Part shown: positions 48,778 to 59,797 of the stretch, one piece after another
Layout: every line of letters begins with the position of its first letter
Position numbering within the stretch: the first letter of the stretch is position 1
Source: Permianibacter sp.
GTDB taxonomy: Bacteria > Pseudomonadota > Gammaproteobacteria > Enterobacterales > Permianibacteraceae
DNA: 64,000 bases
Assembly (NCBI GenBank): GCA_046297695.1
Contig: JBKBHF010000013.1
Location: forward strand, 12,498-76,497
Direction of reading: 5' to 3'
Notes under the pieces: model-generated
The model's database searches: none
What the model was told of the DNA's origin: nothing
The model's input: only the letters and a program-made list of their open reading frames with translations
Translations under genes and position numbers: made by a program

Positions 48778-49539
48778 ATGACCTCGTCGCGCCCGCGTAT
48801 CGTTGCCGGTAACTGGAAAATGCACGGTTCGCGCGAGCTGGTTCGGGCCTTGGTTCCCGCCGTGCAGCAGGCACTGCCGGCCACGGGCCGCTGCCAGGTC
48901 GTGTTCTGTCCGCCGGCGGTGTACCTGGCCGAGGTGGCTGGCATGTTGAGTCACCCACGCTGTGCGGTCGGGGCTCAGGATGTCAGTGCCCATGCCAGCG
49001 GTGCCTATACCGGTGAACTGGCCGGGTCGATGCTGAAAGAGCTGGCTTGCCAGTTCAGCATCGTCGGGCATTCGGAGCGGCGCCGTTACCACGGCGAAAG
49101 CAGCGAGCTGGTTGCCGCCAAAGCGGCAGCAGCACTGGCTGCAGGATTACGGCCGATCATCTGCATCGGCGAAACCCTGGCCGAACGCGAAAGCGAGCGG
49201 ACTTGGGCCGTGCTGGAGCAGCAGCTGTCGGCGATTGCCGGGCTGCTCCGGCAGCAACGGGCCGGCGAGATTGTGCTGGCCTACGAACCGGTCTGGGCCA
49301 TTGGCAGCGGCCGGACCGCGACGCCGGAACAGGCGCAGGCGGTACACGGGCAGGTGCGGACCTGGCTGAAACAGCAGGCGCCGGCCTTGGCCGAGCAGCT
49401 GCCGATTCTGTACGGCGGCAGTGTGAAAGCGGATAACGCGGCGGCGCTGATGGCGCAGCCGGATGTGGACGGAGCCCTGGTCGGGGGCGCCTCCTTGCAG
49501 GCAGATGAGTTCATCGCCATCTGCCGCAGCGCCGGGTAG
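48778..49539 (+). CDS. tpiA: Triosephosphate isomerase
   Basis: RIVAGNWKMHG...VGHSERR...ICIGE...YEPVWAIGSG...YGGSV are the canonical TIM motifs. Confidence 0.95.
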   Translation: MTSSRPRIVAGNWKMHGSRELVRALVPAVQQALPATGRCQVVFCPPAVYLAEVAGMLSHPRCAVGAQDVSAHASGAYTGELAGSMLKELACQFSIVGHSERRRYHGESSELVAAKAAAALAAGLRPIICIGETLAERESERTWAVLEQQLSAIAGLLRQQRAGEIVLAYEPVWAIGSGRTATPEQAQAVHGQVRTWLKQQAPALAEQLPILYGGSVKADNAAALMAQPDVDGALVGGASLQADEFIAICRSAG

Positions 49540-49568
49540 GCGCTGATAAAAAGTCGGAAAAGACTGAC

Positions 49569-49994
49569 ATGTACGAGATTTTGCTGGGTCTGTTTCTGGT
49601 CATCGCGCTGGCGCTGATCGGCATCATCCTGCTGCAACAGGGCAAGGGCGCCGATCTGGGCGCGTCGTTCGGTGCCGGTGCCTCGAACACCGTGTTCGGT
49701 GCTGCCGGTTCGGGCAACTTCCTGACCAAGGCGACCTGGTGGTTGGCCCTGGTATCGCTGGTGATTCTGTTGGTGCTGGGTTACATGGCCAGCCACCGCG
49801 ATAAAGCGGCGACGGCAACCGATGACGTGTTTGCCGAGCTGCCGGCAGATGCTCCGGTCACCGAAGTACCGGCTGCCGAAGCCGTACCGGCCAGCGATGT
49901 CCCGGCCGCGACTGAAGCGGCGCCGGTCAATAGCGACGTGCCGGCCGCGCCGGCCGCAACCGAACAGCCGGCCAGTGATGCGCCGAAGCCGTAA
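49569..49994 (+). CDS. secG: Preprotein translocase subunit SecG (with Ala/Pro-rich C-terminal tail)
   Basis: MYEILLGLFLVIALALIGIILLQQGKGADLGASFGAGASNTVFGAAGSGNFLTK is canonical SecG; tpiA-secG-tRNA-Leu synteny. Confidence 0.93.
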   Translation: MYEILLGLFLVIALALIGIILLQQGKGADLGASFGAGASNTVFGAAGSGNFLTKATWWLALVSLVILLVLGYMASHRDKAATATDDVFAELPADAPVTEVPAAEAVPASDVPAATEAAPVNSDVPAAPAATEQPASDAPKP

Positions 49995-50026
49995 GGCAGC
50001 TTGAGGTCGGCTGACCTGCACAATTT

Positions 50027-50111
50027 GCGGAAGTGGTGAAATTGGTAGACACACCATCTTGAGGGGGTGGCGCCGCAAGGCATGAGGGTTCAAGTCCCTC
50101 CTTCCGCACCA
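50027..50111 (+). tRNA. tRNA-Leu (anticodon GAG), class II with long variable arm
   Basis: 85 nt: GCGGAAG acceptor / CTTCCGC-A 3' end (a genomic CA follows the discriminator, so the annotated end covers ACCA with only one C of a CCA tail), D-arm GTG..CAC, anticodon stem CCATC/GGTGG with loop TTGAGGG (GAG), T-arm GAGGG-TTCAAGT-CCCTC. Equivalent position to E. coli leuU after secG. Confidence 0.92.
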
Positions 50112-50145
50112 ATTCACCGGTCGGGTTCTCCGGCCGGTCAGAACG

Positions 50146-50183
50146 GAAAATGGCATCGGACCGCAAGGCGATGCCATTTTTTC
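50146..50183 (+). terminator. Rho-independent terminator after tRNA-Leu
   Basis: AAAATGGCATCG-GACCGCAAGG-CGATGCCATTTTTT. Confidence 0.8.
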
Positions 50184-50390
50184 TGCCCGCACCTGCCTCG
50201 GGCATGCGGGAAAAAACGCTGTCCGGCGCAGGCCGGCAGTACGAAGGAGGTGGCTCCACGCTGGCACTGACGTTGCGCTCGGTCAGAAAAAGCCGGTGGG
50301 AAGCTGCTAAAATCTCGTGGTTTTTTGTCCCGCCACGTTTGTGCGTGCCGCCGATGGGGTTTCAGGCAGGCGGCGCGCAGGGTGAACAAC

Positions 50391-50759
50391 ATGCTGCAGA
50401 ACTACACTCCCATCCTCGTGTTCATGGGGGTCGGGCTCGGCCTTGGCACCGTTCTGGTCGCCCTCGGTTGGTTGCTCGGCTACCTGTTCGGTCGGCACAA
50501 GCCGGACGCGGCCAAGAATGCACCGTTCGAATGCGGCTATGACGCGTTCGAAGATGCCCGCATGAAGTTCGACGTGCGTTTCTATCTGGTTGCCATCCTG
50601 TTCATCATTTTCGATCTCGAGATCGCCTTCCTGTTCCCGTGGGCGGTGGTCATCAACGAGATTGGCTGGTTCGGCTTCTGGGCCATGGCGGCCTTCCTGG
50701 GTCTGCTGGTCGTCGGTTTCATTTACGAATGGAAGAAAGGCGCGCTCGAGTGGGAGTAA
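50391..50759 (+). CDS. nuoA: NADH-quinone oxidoreductase subunit A
   Basis: [19 protein letters not shown]...[40 protein letters not shown]. Confidence 0.93.
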   Translation: MLQNYTPILVFMGVGLGLGTVLVALGWLLGYLFGRHKPDAAKNAPFECGYDAFEDARMKFDVRFYLVAILFIIFDLEIAFLFPWAVVINEIGWFGFWAMAAFLGLLVVGFIYEWKKGALEWE

Positions 50760-50809
50760 CCCGCTCAGGCGCTGTTTTGCATTCGTAACGCTGCAAGAGG
50801 ATTCCGGAA

Positions 50810-51292
50810 ATGGCGGTTGAAGGCGTCATGGAAAAAGGGTTTGTCACCACCTCGGTCGACACCCTCGTAAACTGGGCCAGCACCGGCTCGATGTGGCCGA
50901 TGACTTTCGGTCTGGCCTGCTGTGCCGTCGAGATGATGCACGCCGGTGCGTCGCGTTATGACCTCGACCGCTTCGGCATCGTGTTCCGGCCGAGTCCGCG
51001 CCAATCCGACGTGATGATCGTCGCCGGCACGCTGACCAACAAGATGGCGCCGGCGCTGCGCCGCGTCTATGACCAGATGCCGGAACCGCGCTGGGTCATC
51101 TCGATGGGCTCCTGCGCCAACGGCGGCGGTTACTACCACTATTCCTACGCGGTGGTGCGCGGTTGCGATCGGGTCGTGCCGGTCGACATCTACGTGCCGG
51201 GCTGCCCGCCGACCGCGGAAGCGCTGCTGTACGGTCTCATCCAGCTGCAAAACAAGATTCGCCGCACCAACACCATCGCGCGGCAAGCCTAA
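50810..51292 (+). CDS. nuoB: NADH-quinone oxidoreductase subunit B
   Basis: [15 protein letters not shown]...[11 protein letters not shown]...VPGCPP (cluster N2 cysteines). Confidence 0.96.
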   Translation: MAVEGVMEKGFVTTSVDTLVNWASTGSMWPMTFGLACCAVEMMHAGASRYDLDRFGIVFRPSPRQSDVMIVAGTLTNKMAPALRRVYDQMPEPRWVISMGSCANGGGYYHYSYAVVRGCDRVVPVDIYVPGCPPTAEALLYGLIQLQNKIRRTNTIARQA

Positions 51293-51303
51293 GGATCCCG
51301 CTC

Positions 51304-51963
51304 ATGCAATTGGCCGAACAACTGACGGCACATTTCGGCGCGCGCCTGCAGGCCTGCGTTGTCGATCGTGACGAAGTGACCATCGAAGTGTCGCGTGAGG
51401 ATTACCTCGGCGTATGCCAGGAGCTGCGCGACAAGGAAGCCTTCCAGTTCAAGCAACTGATCGATCTCTGCGGTGTCGACTACTCGCAATACGGCGCTAC
51501 CGAATGGGAAACCGAAGACGCCTCCAGCGCCGGTTTTTCGCGCGGTGTTGACCGCGACCAGCCGCGCGCAGCCAGCTGGAGCAAGCCACGTTTCGCCGTG
51601 GTCGTGCACCTGCTGTCGGTCAGCAACAACCAGCGCATTCGCGTTCGGGTGTTCGTCGACGAGCAATTCCCGATCGTGGCCAGCGTCTCCGAGCTGTGGC
51701 CGGTTGCCAACTGGTTCGAGCGCGAAGCGTTCGACCTGTTTGGCATCCTGTTCGACGGTCACAACGATCTGCGCCGCCTGCTGACCGATTACGGTTTCGT
51801 TGGTCATCCGTTCCGGAAAGATTTCCCGCTGATCGGCAACGTCGAAATCCGTTACGACGCCGCGCAAGCCCGCTGTGTCTACGAACCGGTATCGATCGAG
51901 CCGCGCGTGCTGGTGCCGCGTGTCATTCGTCACGATCAGCGTTACAGCGCGAAGAAGGCCTAA
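51304..51963 (+). CDS. nuoC: NADH-quinone oxidoreductase subunit C (not fused to NuoD)
   Basis: ...LCGVDYSQY...[44 protein letters not shown]. Confidence 0.93.
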   Translation: MQLAEQLTAHFGARLQACVVDRDEVTIEVSREDYLGVCQELRDKEAFQFKQLIDLCGVDYSQYGATEWETEDASSAGFSRGVDRDQPRAASWSKPRFAVVVHLLSVSNNQRIRVRVFVDEQFPIVASVSELWPVANWFEREAFDLFGILFDGHNDLRRLLTDYGFVGHPFRKDFPLIGNVEIRYDAAQARCVYEPVSIEPRVLVPRVIRHDQRYSAKKA

Positions 51964-51967
51964 AGAA

Positions 51968-53221
51968 ATGGCAGAGATCCGCAATTACACCATCAACTTC
52001 GGCCCGCAACACCCGGCCGCGCACGGCGTGCTGCGCCTGATTCTGGAGCTGGACGGTGAAACCATCGTCCGTGCCGATCCGCACATCGGCCTGCTGCACC
52101 GTGGCACTGAAAAGCTGGCCGAGAGCAAGCCGTTCAACCAGAGCATCGGTTACATGGACCGGCTCGACTACGTCTCGATGATGTGCAACGAGCACGCCTA
52201 TGTCATGGCCATCGAGAAGCTGCTCGGTATCCAGGCACCGGTGCGGGCCCAGTACATCCGGGTGATGTTCGACGAGATCACCCGTATCCTGAACCACCTG
52301 CTCTGGCTCGGCGCGCACGGTCTCGACATTGGCGCGATGACCATGTTCCTGTACTGCTTCCGTGAGCGGGAAGCGCTGATGGACTGCTACGAAGCAGTCT
52401 CGGGGGCGCGTCTGCACGCGACCTATTACCGTCCGGGCGGTGTCTACCGCGACCTGCCGGATCGCATGCCGCAGTATCAAGCCTCGAAATTCCGCAGCGA
52501 AAAAGACGTCAAGAAACTGAACGAAACGCGTCAGGGCTCGATGCTCGACTACCTGTGGGCGTTCACCGAAGATTTTCCGAAGCGCGTCGACGAATACGAG
52601 GCGTTGCTCACCGACAACCGGATCTGGAAACAGCGCACCGTCGGTATTGGTGTGGTGTCGCCGGAACGGGCCTTGGCGCTCGGTTTGACTGGCCCGATGC
52701 TGCGCGGTTCGGGCGTGGTCTGGGATCTGCGCAAGCACCAGCCATACGAAGTCTACGATCAGCTCGATTTCGATATCCCGGTCGGCAAGAACGGTGACTG
52801 CTATGACCGTTATCTGGTGCGTGTCGAAGAAATGCGCCAGTCGAACCGGATCATTCGTCAGTGCATCGAGTGGCTGCGCAAGAACCCGGGTCCGGTCATG
52901 GTCGACAACTACAAGGTTGCGCCGCCGCGCCGCGAAGCCATGAAGCACGACATGGAGGCGCTGATCCACCACTTCAAGTTCTTTACCGAAGGCTTCTGCG
53001 CGCCGGAAGGCGAGGTCTACAGCGCGGTCGAACACCCGAAAGGCGAGTTCGGCATTTACCTGGTTTCAGACGGTGCCAACAAGCCGTACCGGGTCAAAAT
53101 CCGTGCGCCGGGTTTTGCCCACCTGTCAGCCATTGATGAAGTCGGTCGTGGCCACATGCTGGCCGACATCGTGGCGATTATTGGCACGATGGATATTGTG
53201 TTCGGGGAGATCGATCGCTGA
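51968..53221 (+). CDS. nuoD: NADH-quinone oxidoreductase subunit D
   Basis: [31 protein letters not shown]...[12 protein letters not shown]...C-terminal DIVFGEIDR. Confidence 0.97.
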   Translation: MAEIRNYTINFGPQHPAAHGVLRLILELDGETIVRADPHIGLLHRGTEKLAESKPFNQSIGYMDRLDYVSMMCNEHAYVMAIEKLLGIQAPVRAQYIRVMFDEITRILNHLLWLGAHGLDIGAMTMFLYCFREREALMDCYEAVSGARLHATYYRPGGVYRDLPDRMPQYQASKFRSEKDVKKLNETRQGSMLDYLWAFTEDFPKRVDEYEALLTDNRIWKQRTVGIGVVSPERALALGLTGPMLRGSGVVWDLRKHQPYEVYDQLDFDIPVGKNGDCYDRYLVRVEEMRQSNRIIRQCIEWLRKNPGPVMVDNYKVAPPRREAMKHDMEALIHHFKFFTEGFCAPEGEVYSAVEHPKGEFGIYLVSDGANKPYRVKIRAPGFAHLSAIDEVGRGHMLADIVAIIGTMDIVFGEIDR

Positions 53222-53727
53222 TGAGCACGCAAGCAAATCCGAACAAGCTCAAAGAGCTGTTGCCGGCTTCGGCCATTGCCGAAATCGAAGTCTGGTTGGC
53301 CAAGTATCCGCCGGATCGTCGTCGCTCTGCCGTCATGGGCGCACTGACCATTGCCCAGGATCACCTGAACTACCTGAGCACCGAAACGATGGACGCGGTG
53401 GCCGATTATCTCGGTATTCCGCGCATCGCCGCCTACGAGGTGGCGACGTTCTACTCGATGTATCAGCTGCAGCCGGTCGGCAAGCATGTGATCAACGTCT
53501 GCACCAACGTCAGCTGCATGCTGCGGGGTTCCGACCAGATCGTCGACCACCTGCAGAAGAAACTGGGCATCGGCTTCAAACAGACCACCAAGGACGGCAA
53601 GTTCACGCTCCGTGAAGTCGAGTGCCTGGCCGCCTGCGGTGGGGCGCCGTGTGCCTTAATCGACAAGACCTATCACGAGAACCTGACCCCGGAAAAAGTG
53701 GATCAGATTCTGGCCAAACTGGATTAA
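53221..53727 (+). CDS. nuoE: NADH-quinone oxidoreductase subunit E
   Basis: 2Fe-2S thioredoxin-like motif: [13 protein letters not shown] ... [11 protein letters not shown]. Confidence 0.95.
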   Translation: MSTQANPNKLKELLPASAIAEIEVWLAKYPPDRRRSAVMGALTIAQDHLNYLSTETMDAVADYLGIPRIAAYEVATFYSMYQLQPVGKHVINVCTNVSCMLRGSDQIVDHLQKKLGIGFKQTTKDGKFTLREVECLAACGGAPCALIDKTYHENLTPEKVDQILAKLD

Positions 53728-53740
53728 GGAAAAACCGATC

Positions 53741-55045
53741 ATGATCGATGTTGCCTACCAGTTGCACAAAGGTCCGGTCTGCTACCGGACCATCGGCCTG
53801 CCGGAGCCGTGGTCGCTGAAGACCTACGAATCGGTTGGAGGTTACGCCCAGTGGCGGAAAATCCTCACCGAGAAAATTCCGCCGGAACAAATCATCGAGG
53901 CGCTGAAGCTCGGTAACCTGCGTGGTCGCGGTGGTGCCGGCTTCCCGACCGGTCTGAAGTGGTCGTTCATGCCGCGCAATGCGCCAGGCCAGAAATACAT
54001 GGTCTGCAACGCCGACGAAGGCGAGCCGGGCACCTACAAGGATCGCGACATCCTGCGCTTCAATCCGCACCAGCTGATCGAAGGCATGGCAATCGGTGCC
54101 TATGTCATCGGCGCGACCGTTGGCTACAACTACATTCGCGGTGAGTTCTATGAGCCGATCATGCGGTTCGAGAACGCGCTGAAGGAAGCCTATGCCGCAG
54201 GTTTGATCGGCAAGAACATTCTCGGCAGTGGTATCGATTTCGATCTGTTCACCCACTACGGTGCCGGTGCCTATATCTGCGGCGAAGAAACGGCGCTGAT
54301 CGAATCGATCGAAGGCAAAAAGGGCCAGCCGCGCTTCAAGCCGCCGTTCCCAGCCAACTACGGCGTGTTCGGTCGCCCGACCAACGTCAACAACGTCGAG
54401 TCGTTTGCCTCGGTGCCGGTCATCCTCGAAAAAGGCGGCCAGTGGTTCCTGGAGCAGGGCAAGCCGAACAACGGCGGCACCAAGATCTTCTCGGTCTCCG
54501 GTCACGTCAACAAGCCGGGCAACTTCGAAGTTCCGCTCGGTACGCCGTTCAAGGATCTGCTGGAAATGGCCGGCGGCATGCTGAACGGCAAGAAGCTGAA
54601 GGCAGTCATTCCGGGTGGCTCATCGACGCCGATCCTGCCGGGTCACATCATGATGGACCTGACCATGGATTACGACAGCATCAGCAAGGCCGGTTCGATG
54701 CTGGGCGCCGGCTCCGTGATCGTGATGGACGAAGACACCGACCTCGTCAAAGTGCTCGCCCGCATCTCGCATTTCTACTACGAAGAATCCTGCGGTCAGT
54801 GCACGCCGTGCCGTGAAGGCACCGGTTGGCTGGCACGCATGCTGCACCGGATCCTGCACGGCGAAGGCACCCGTGACGATCTGGCCAAACTGGATGCGGT
54901 CGCCGCCAACATTTCCGGCCGGACGATTTGCGCGCTCGGTGATGCCGCGGCGATGCCGGTGATGAGTTTCCTGAAGCATTTCCGCCACGAGTTCGAACAC
55001 TACATCGAACACAAGCGCAGCATCGTCGGTGGTGGCGGTCACTGA
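53741..55045 (+). CDS. nuoF: NADH-quinone oxidoreductase subunit F
   Basis: [16 protein letters not shown] (FMN/NADH site), [22 protein letters not shown] (cluster N3). Confidence 0.97.
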   Translation: MIDVAYQLHKGPVCYRTIGLPEPWSLKTYESVGGYAQWRKILTEKIPPEQIIEALKLGNLRGRGGAGFPTGLKWSFMPRNAPGQKYMVCNADEGEPGTYKDRDILRFNPHQLIEGMAIGAYVIGATVGYNYIRGEFYEPIMRFENALKEAYAAGLIGKNILGSGIDFDLFTHYGAGAYICGEETALIESIEGKKGQPRFKPPFPANYGVFGRPTNVNNVESFASVPVILEKGGQWFLEQGKPNNGGTKIFSVSGHVNKPGNFEVPLGTPFKDLLEMAGGMLNGKKLKAVIPGGSSTPILPGHIMMDLTMDYDSISKAGSMLGAGSVIVMDEDTDLVKVLARISHFYYEESCGQCTPCREGTGWLARMLHRILHGEGTRDDLAKLDAVAANISGRTICALGDAAAMPVMSFLKHFRHEFEHYIEHKRSIVGGGGH

Positions 55046-55158
55046 GCCGGCGAAGGAATGAACGAATTGAGTTGCCAGGCAACACGGCAACTCGGGCAGT
55101 CAACGAAGTGCCGGCCGACCTAGTGGCTGGCTCACTTCCTCTGCAAGAGACGTAGACG

Positions 55159-57312
55159 ATGGTCAACATCGAAATTGATGGCAAGAAACTGCAGGTCGAA
55201 CCGGGCTCGATGATTATCGAAGCCGCCGACGCCGCAGGCATTTACATTCCGCGCTTCTGCTATCACAAGAAGCTGTCGGTCGCGGCCAACTGCCGGATGT
55301 GTCTGGTCGATGTCGCCAAGGCACCGAAAGCGGTGCCGGCCTGCGCGACGCCGGTCAACGAAGGCATGGTCGTGCAGACCAAATCGCCGAAGGCGCTCGA
55401 TGCCCAGAAAGCGGTGATGGAATTCCTGCTGATCAACCATCCGCTCGATTGCCCGATCTGCGATCAGGGCGGCGAGTGTGAGCTGCAGGATCTGGCCGTC
55501 GGTTACGGCCGCGATGTCTCGCGCTACACCGAAGGCAAGCGCGTGGTCGAAGACAAGGACATCGGTCCGCTGATCGCGACCGAGATGACCCGCTGCATCC
55601 ACTGCACCCGCTGTGTCCGCTTCGGCACCGAAATCGCCGGCGTCCGTGAACTCGGCGCCACCGGCCGCGGCGAGCACATGAGCATCGGTACCTTCATCGA
55701 GAAGAGCGTTGACTCGGAAGTGTCGGGCAACGTCATCGATCTGTGCCCGGTCGGTGCGCTGACCGCCAAGCCGTCGCGCTTCACCGCCCGCGCCTGGGAG
55801 CTGCAGGCGCGGCCGAGCGTGGCGCCGCATGACTGCCTCGGCTCGAACGTCGATGTCCATGTCCGCCGCAACGAAGTGATTCGTGTCGTGCCACGCGAAA
55901 ACGAAGCCATCAACGAAGTCTGGCTATCGGATCGCGACCGCTTCTCGTACGAAGCCTTGAACAAGGCACCGCGTCTGACCACGCCGCGCATCCGTCGTGA
56001 TGGCCAGTGGCAGGATGTCAGCTGGCAGGAAGCGCTGGAGCTGACCGCAGCCAATCTGAAGCGCCTCGCCGGCAACGATCTCGGCGCACTGGCGTCGCCG
56101 TCGGCGACCACCGAAGAACTGTACCTGCTGCAGAAACTGCTGCGCGGTTTGAACTCGAACAATATCGACGTCCGCCTGCGTCAGCGTGATTTCAGCGATG
56201 ACGCGAGCCAGGCCCTGTTCCCGGCGCTCGGTTTGCCGGTCGCTGATCTGGAAACCCTCGACACGACCTTGCTGATCGGTTCGAACCTGCGTCGCGAGCA
56301 GCCGATTGCGGCGCTGCGTCTGCGCAAGAGCACCCGCACCGGCATCGTGATGTCGGTGGCCGATGCCGATTACGACTGGAATTTCAAACTGGCCGAAGAC
56401 CTCATCAGTAAGGATTTGCTGGCCGAAGTCGCCGGTATCGCGAAAGCGCTGGCCGATGCCAAAGCCGACGCCGTCCCGGCTGACGCGAAAGCCATTCTGG
56501 CTGGCGTCAGCGCCAGCGAAGCGCACAAACGCGTCGCGGCCAACTTGCTGAAAGACGGCAAGAAGGCGGTGCTGCTGGGCGCCGCCGCACTGGAGCATGA
56601 AAACGCAGCCAGCATTCGCGCCTTCGCCCAATTGATCGGCACGATCAGCGGCGCCAGCGTCGGTGAATTCAGCCATGGCGCCAACATGGCCGGCGCTTTC
56701 CTCGCCGGTGCGTTGCCGCATCGCCGCGAAGGCGGCCAGGCCGTTGCCGCCGGCCGCAATGCCGTCGAAATGTTCAAGCAGGGCCTGAAAGCCTGGCTGT
56801 TGCTCGATGTCGAACCGGAGCACGACAGCATCGTCGGCAAAGCCGGCAATGAAGCGCTGAAGCGTGCCGAGTTCATCGTGGCGCTGACCCCGTTTGCCGA
56901 CAGCGTCGCCGCGCAATACGCCGACGTGCTGTTGCCGATGGGTGCGTTCACCGAAACCTCCGGCACCTATGTCAACGTCAACGGCGTATTCCAGTCGTTC
57001 GCGGCGGCGGTGCCGGCCAAAGGCCAGGCGCGTCCGGCCTGGAAGATCCTGCGCGTGCTCGGCAATTTGCTGAACCTGAAAGGTTTCGATCACAACTCAT
57101 CGGAAGATGTGCTGGCGGAACTGAAAGCCGTGCTCGCGCGGACCCCGGCTCCGGTGACCAGCTGGAAGGCGCCGACCAAAGTGAGCGGCGGCAGCGCCGG
57201 TCGTCCGCTCGGCCTGTATCAAGTCGATGGCACCGTGCGCCGCGCGGCCAGCCTGCAACAAACAGCGGCCGGCCGTAGCGCGGCCGAGCTGCCTGTGCGC
57301 GTGGAGGCCTGA
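55159..57312 (+). CDS. nuoG: NADH-quinone oxidoreductase subunit G
   Basis: CYHKKLSVAANCRMCLV (2Fe-2S), HPLDCPICDQGGEC, CIHCTRCVRF, followed by a molybdopterin-oxidoreductase-like domain. Confidence 0.96.
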   Translation: MVNIEIDGKKLQVEPGSMIIEAADAAGIYIPRFCYHKKLSVAANCRMCLVDVAKAPKAVPACATPVNEGMVVQTKSPKALDAQKAVMEFLLINHPLDCPICDQGGECELQDLAVGYGRDVSRYTEGKRVVEDKDIGPLIATEMTRCIHCTRCVRFGTEIAGVRELGATGRGEHMSIGTFIEKSVDSEVSGNVIDLCPVGALTAKPSRFTARAWELQARPSVAPHDCLGSNVDVHVRRNEVIRVVPRENEAINEVWLSDRDRFSYEALNKAPRLTTPRIRRDGQWQDVSWQEALELTAANLKRLAGNDLGALASPSATTEELYLLQKLLRGLNSNNIDVRLRQRDFSDDASQALFPALGLPVADLETLDTTLLIGSNLRREQPIAALRLRKSTRTGIVMSVADADYDWNFKLAEDLISKDLLAEVAGIAKALADAKADAVPADAKAILAGVSASEAHKRVAANLLKDGKKAVLLGAAALEHENAASIRAFAQLIGTISGASVGEFSHGANMAGAFLAGALPHRREGGQAVAAGRNAVEMFKQGLKAWLLLDVEPEHDSIVGKAGNEALKRAEFIVALTPFADSVAAQYADVLLPMGAFTETSGTYVNVNGVFQSFAAAVPAKGQARPAWKILRVLGNLLNLKGFDHNSSEDVLAELKAVLARTPAPVTSWKAPTKVSGGSAGRPLGLYQVDGTVRRAASLQQTAAGRSAAELPVRVEA

Positions 57313-57315
57313 TTC

Positions 57316-58341
57316 ATGTTGATGGATTATGTAATTGAAGGCGCCTGGATTCTCGCGAAGATCGTCGCGATTGTGCTGCCGCTGATTCTGGCGGTGGCCT
57401 ACGCGACCTACGCCGAGCGGAAAGTGATCGGCTTCATGCAGATCCGCATCGGCCCGAACCGGGTCGGCCCGCTCGGTCTGTTCCAGCCGTTCGCTGACGT
57501 CATCAAGCTGCTGACCAAGGAAATCGTGCAGCCGACCGCGGCGAACAAAGGTCTGTTCATGATCGCGCCGATCGTCTGTTTCGCACCGGCGCTGGTGGCT
57601 TGGGCGGTGGTGCCGTTCGATGCCGGCATGATCCTGGCCGATGTCAATGCCGGCTTGCTGTTCCTGCTGGCGATGACCTCGCTTGGCGTCTACGGCGTAC
57701 TGATTGCCGGTTGGGCGTCGAACTCGAAATACGCTTTCCTCGGTGGTCTGCGTTCGGCGTCGCAGATCGTGTCGTACGAAATCGCAATGGGCTTCACGCT
57801 GGTTTGCGTGCTGATGACCGCGCAAACGATGAACCTCGGCGACATCGTCGAGAAGCAGGCCGGTGGTGTCTGGAACTGGTATATCTGGCCGCTGTTCCCG
57901 ATGGCGGTGATTTACTGGATCTGCGGCGTTGCCGAAACCAACCGGGCACCGTTCGACCTGCCGGAAGGTGAATCGGAAATCGTCGCCGGTTTCCACGTCG
58001 AATACGCCGGCTCGGCCTTTGCGGTGTTCTTCCTCGCCGAATACGCCAACATGATCCTGATCAGCGTGCTGACCGCGACCTTCTTCTTCGGCGGCTGGCT
58101 GAATCCGTTCCAGGGTATCCCGGTACTGGAAGCCGCCACCAGCTGGGTGCCGGGCACGATCTGGCTGCTGGCGAAAGCATTCTTCTTCCTGTTCGCGATG
58201 TTCTGGCTGCGCGCGACCTATCCGCGCTTCCGTTATGACCAGGTCATGCGCCTGGGTTGGAAAGTCTTCATTCCGTTCACCCTTGTCTGGGTGGTCGTGG
58301 TGGCCGTCTTCGTCAAGACCGGCTTTGGCCCGTGGTACTAA
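57316..58341 (+). CDS. nuoH: NADH-quinone oxidoreductase subunit H
   Basis: ...[35 protein letters not shown]...[23 protein letters not shown]. Confidence 0.96.
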   Translation: MLMDYVIEGAWILAKIVAIVLPLILAVAYATYAERKVIGFMQIRIGPNRVGPLGLFQPFADVIKLLTKEIVQPTAANKGLFMIAPIVCFAPALVAWAVVPFDAGMILADVNAGLLFLLAMTSLGVYGVLIAGWASNSKYAFLGGLRSASQIVSYEIAMGFTLVCVLMTAQTMNLGDIVEKQAGGVWNWYIWPLFPMAVIYWICGVAETNRAPFDLPEGESEIVAGFHVEYAGSAFAVFFLAEYANMILISVLTATFFFGGWLNPFQGIPVLEAATSWVPGTIWLLAKAFFFLFAMFWLRATYPRFRYDQVMRLGWKVFIPFTLVWVVVVAVFVKTGFGPWY

Positions 58342-58355
58342 GCGGAATTCACGAC

Positions 58356-58850
58356 ATGTTGGAAAGCATTCGCCGTTTTTGGCACACCTACACGATGAAA
58401 GAGCTGCGCCACGGTCTGGTTGTGACCTGGCGGCACATGTTCATGCAAAAAATCACCGTGCAATTCCCGGAAGAGCGGACGCCGCAGTCGCACCGTTTCC
58501 GTGGTTTGCACGCGCTGCGCCGTTACCCGAACGGGGAAGAGCGCTGCATTGCCTGCAAACTCTGTGAAGCGGTTTGCCCGGCATTGGCGATCACCATCGA
58601 AGCCGGCCCGCGCCAGAACGATGGCACCCGCCGCACGACCCGTTACGAGATCGATCTGTTCAAGTGCATCTTCTGCGGTTTCTGCGAAGAATCCTGTCCG
58701 GTTGATTCGATCGTCGAAACCCGCGTCTTCGATTACCACTTCGAGAAGCGCGGCGAGCAGATCATGACCAAGGCCAAGCTGCTGGCGATTGGTGACAAGT
58801 ACGAAGCCCAGATTGCCGAAGACCGCGCTCTTGACGCGGCCTACCGTTAA
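58356..58850 (+). CDS. nuoI: NADH-quinone oxidoreductase subunit I
   Basis: Two 4Fe-4S ferredoxin motifs: [12 protein letters not shown] and [15 protein letters not shown] 58356 lies after the nuoH stop. Confidence 0.95.
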   Translation: MLESIRRFWHTYTMKELRHGLVVTWRHMFMQKITVQFPEERTPQSHRFRGLHALRRYPNGEERCIACKLCEAVCPALAITIEAGPRQNDGTRRTTRYEIDLFKCIFCGFCEESCPVDSIVETRVFDYHFEKRGEQIMTKAKLLAIGDKYEAQIAEDRALDAAYR

Positions 58851-58859
58851 GGAAACAAC

Positions 58860-59486
58860 ATGGAACTGAAATCCCTGGTGTTCTATGTGTTCGCGGCGCT
58901 GATGCTGATCTCCGCGACCATGGTCATCACCGTCCGCAACGCGGTCCGTGCCGTGCTGTGTCTGGTGCTGACCTTCTTCTGTGCCGCCGTGCTGTGGCTG
59001 CTGACCGAAGCCGAGTTTCTGTCGATTGCGCTGGTGCTGGTCTATGTCGGCGCCGTGATGGTGCTGTTCTTGTTCGTCGTCATGATGCTCGACGTCGACT
59101 ATGCGGCGGTCAAGCAGGGCTTCACCCGCTATCTGCCGCTCGGCGTCATCGCCGCCATGCTGGTGTTCGCCGGTATCTGGGGCATGGTCAACGAAGGCGG
59201 TTTCGGCGCCGGTGCCGCGGCGCCGGCCGGTGGTGGCGAGACGCCGAACATCAATGTGCTCGGCAAGCTGCTGTACACCGAATACTTCTATCCGTTTGAA
59301 CTGGCGGCCGTGATTCTGCTGGTGGCGCTGATTGCCGCCGTCGCACTGACCTTCCGCGGTACCCGCATGCGCAAGGTGCAGGACGTGGGCCGGCAGGTCC
59401 ATGTCAGCAAGGAAGAGCGTTTGCGCGTCGTCAAGGTCGAGCCGGTGAAAAAGGCGCAGCCGACTGTCGATGGAGAAAAAGCATGA
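58860..59486 (+). CDS. nuoJ: NADH-quinone oxidoreductase subunit J
   Basis: Hydrophobic 208-aa protein ...[27 protein letters not shown]...; position in the operon. Confidence 0.9.
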   Translation: MELKSLVFYVFAALMLISATMVITVRNAVRAVLCLVLTFFCAAVLWLLTEAEFLSIALVLVYVGAVMVLFLFVVMMLDVDYAAVKQGFTRYLPLGVIAAMLVFAGIWGMVNEGGFGAGAAAPAGGGETPNINVLGKLLYTEYFYPFELAAVILLVALIAAVALTFRGTRMRKVQDVGRQVHVSKEERLRVVKVEPVKKAQPTVDGEKA

Positions 59487-59788
59487 TCACGATCGAACAT
59501 TACCTGGTCGTCAGCAGTGCGCTGTTTGCGATCTCCATCGCCGGCATCATCCTGAACCGCAAGAACGTCATCACCTTGCTGATGTGCGTGGAACTGCTGC
59601 TGCTCGCGGTCAACACCAACTTCATCGCCTTCTCGCGTTACCTCGGTGACGCCACCGGCCAGATATTCGTGTTCTTCATCCTGACCGTGGCGGCGGCGGA
59701 AGCGGCAATTGGTCTCGCCATTCTGGTCGTGCTGTTCCGTAACCGCAGCACCATCGATGTCGAAGAACTCGACGAGCTCAAGGGGTAA
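59483..59788 (+). CDS. nuoK: NADH-quinone oxidoreductase subunit K
   Basis: 101 aa, ...[19 protein letters not shown]...[18 protein letters not shown]; ATGA overlap with nuoJ. Confidence 0.94.
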   Translation: MITIEHYLVVSSALFAISIAGIILNRKNVITLLMCVELLLLAVNTNFIAFSRYLGDATGQIFVFFILTVAAAEAAIGLAILVVLFRNRSTIDVEELDELKG

Positions 59789-59797
59789 GCCGCAACC

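Noticed and set aside
55046-55158. 113-nt nuoF-nuoG spacer with a perfect 8-bp hairpin (GAGTTGCC/GGCAACTC)
   Set aside because: It has no T-run and no coding potential. It is most simply an intra-operon mRNA structure, with nothing to support a separate feature.
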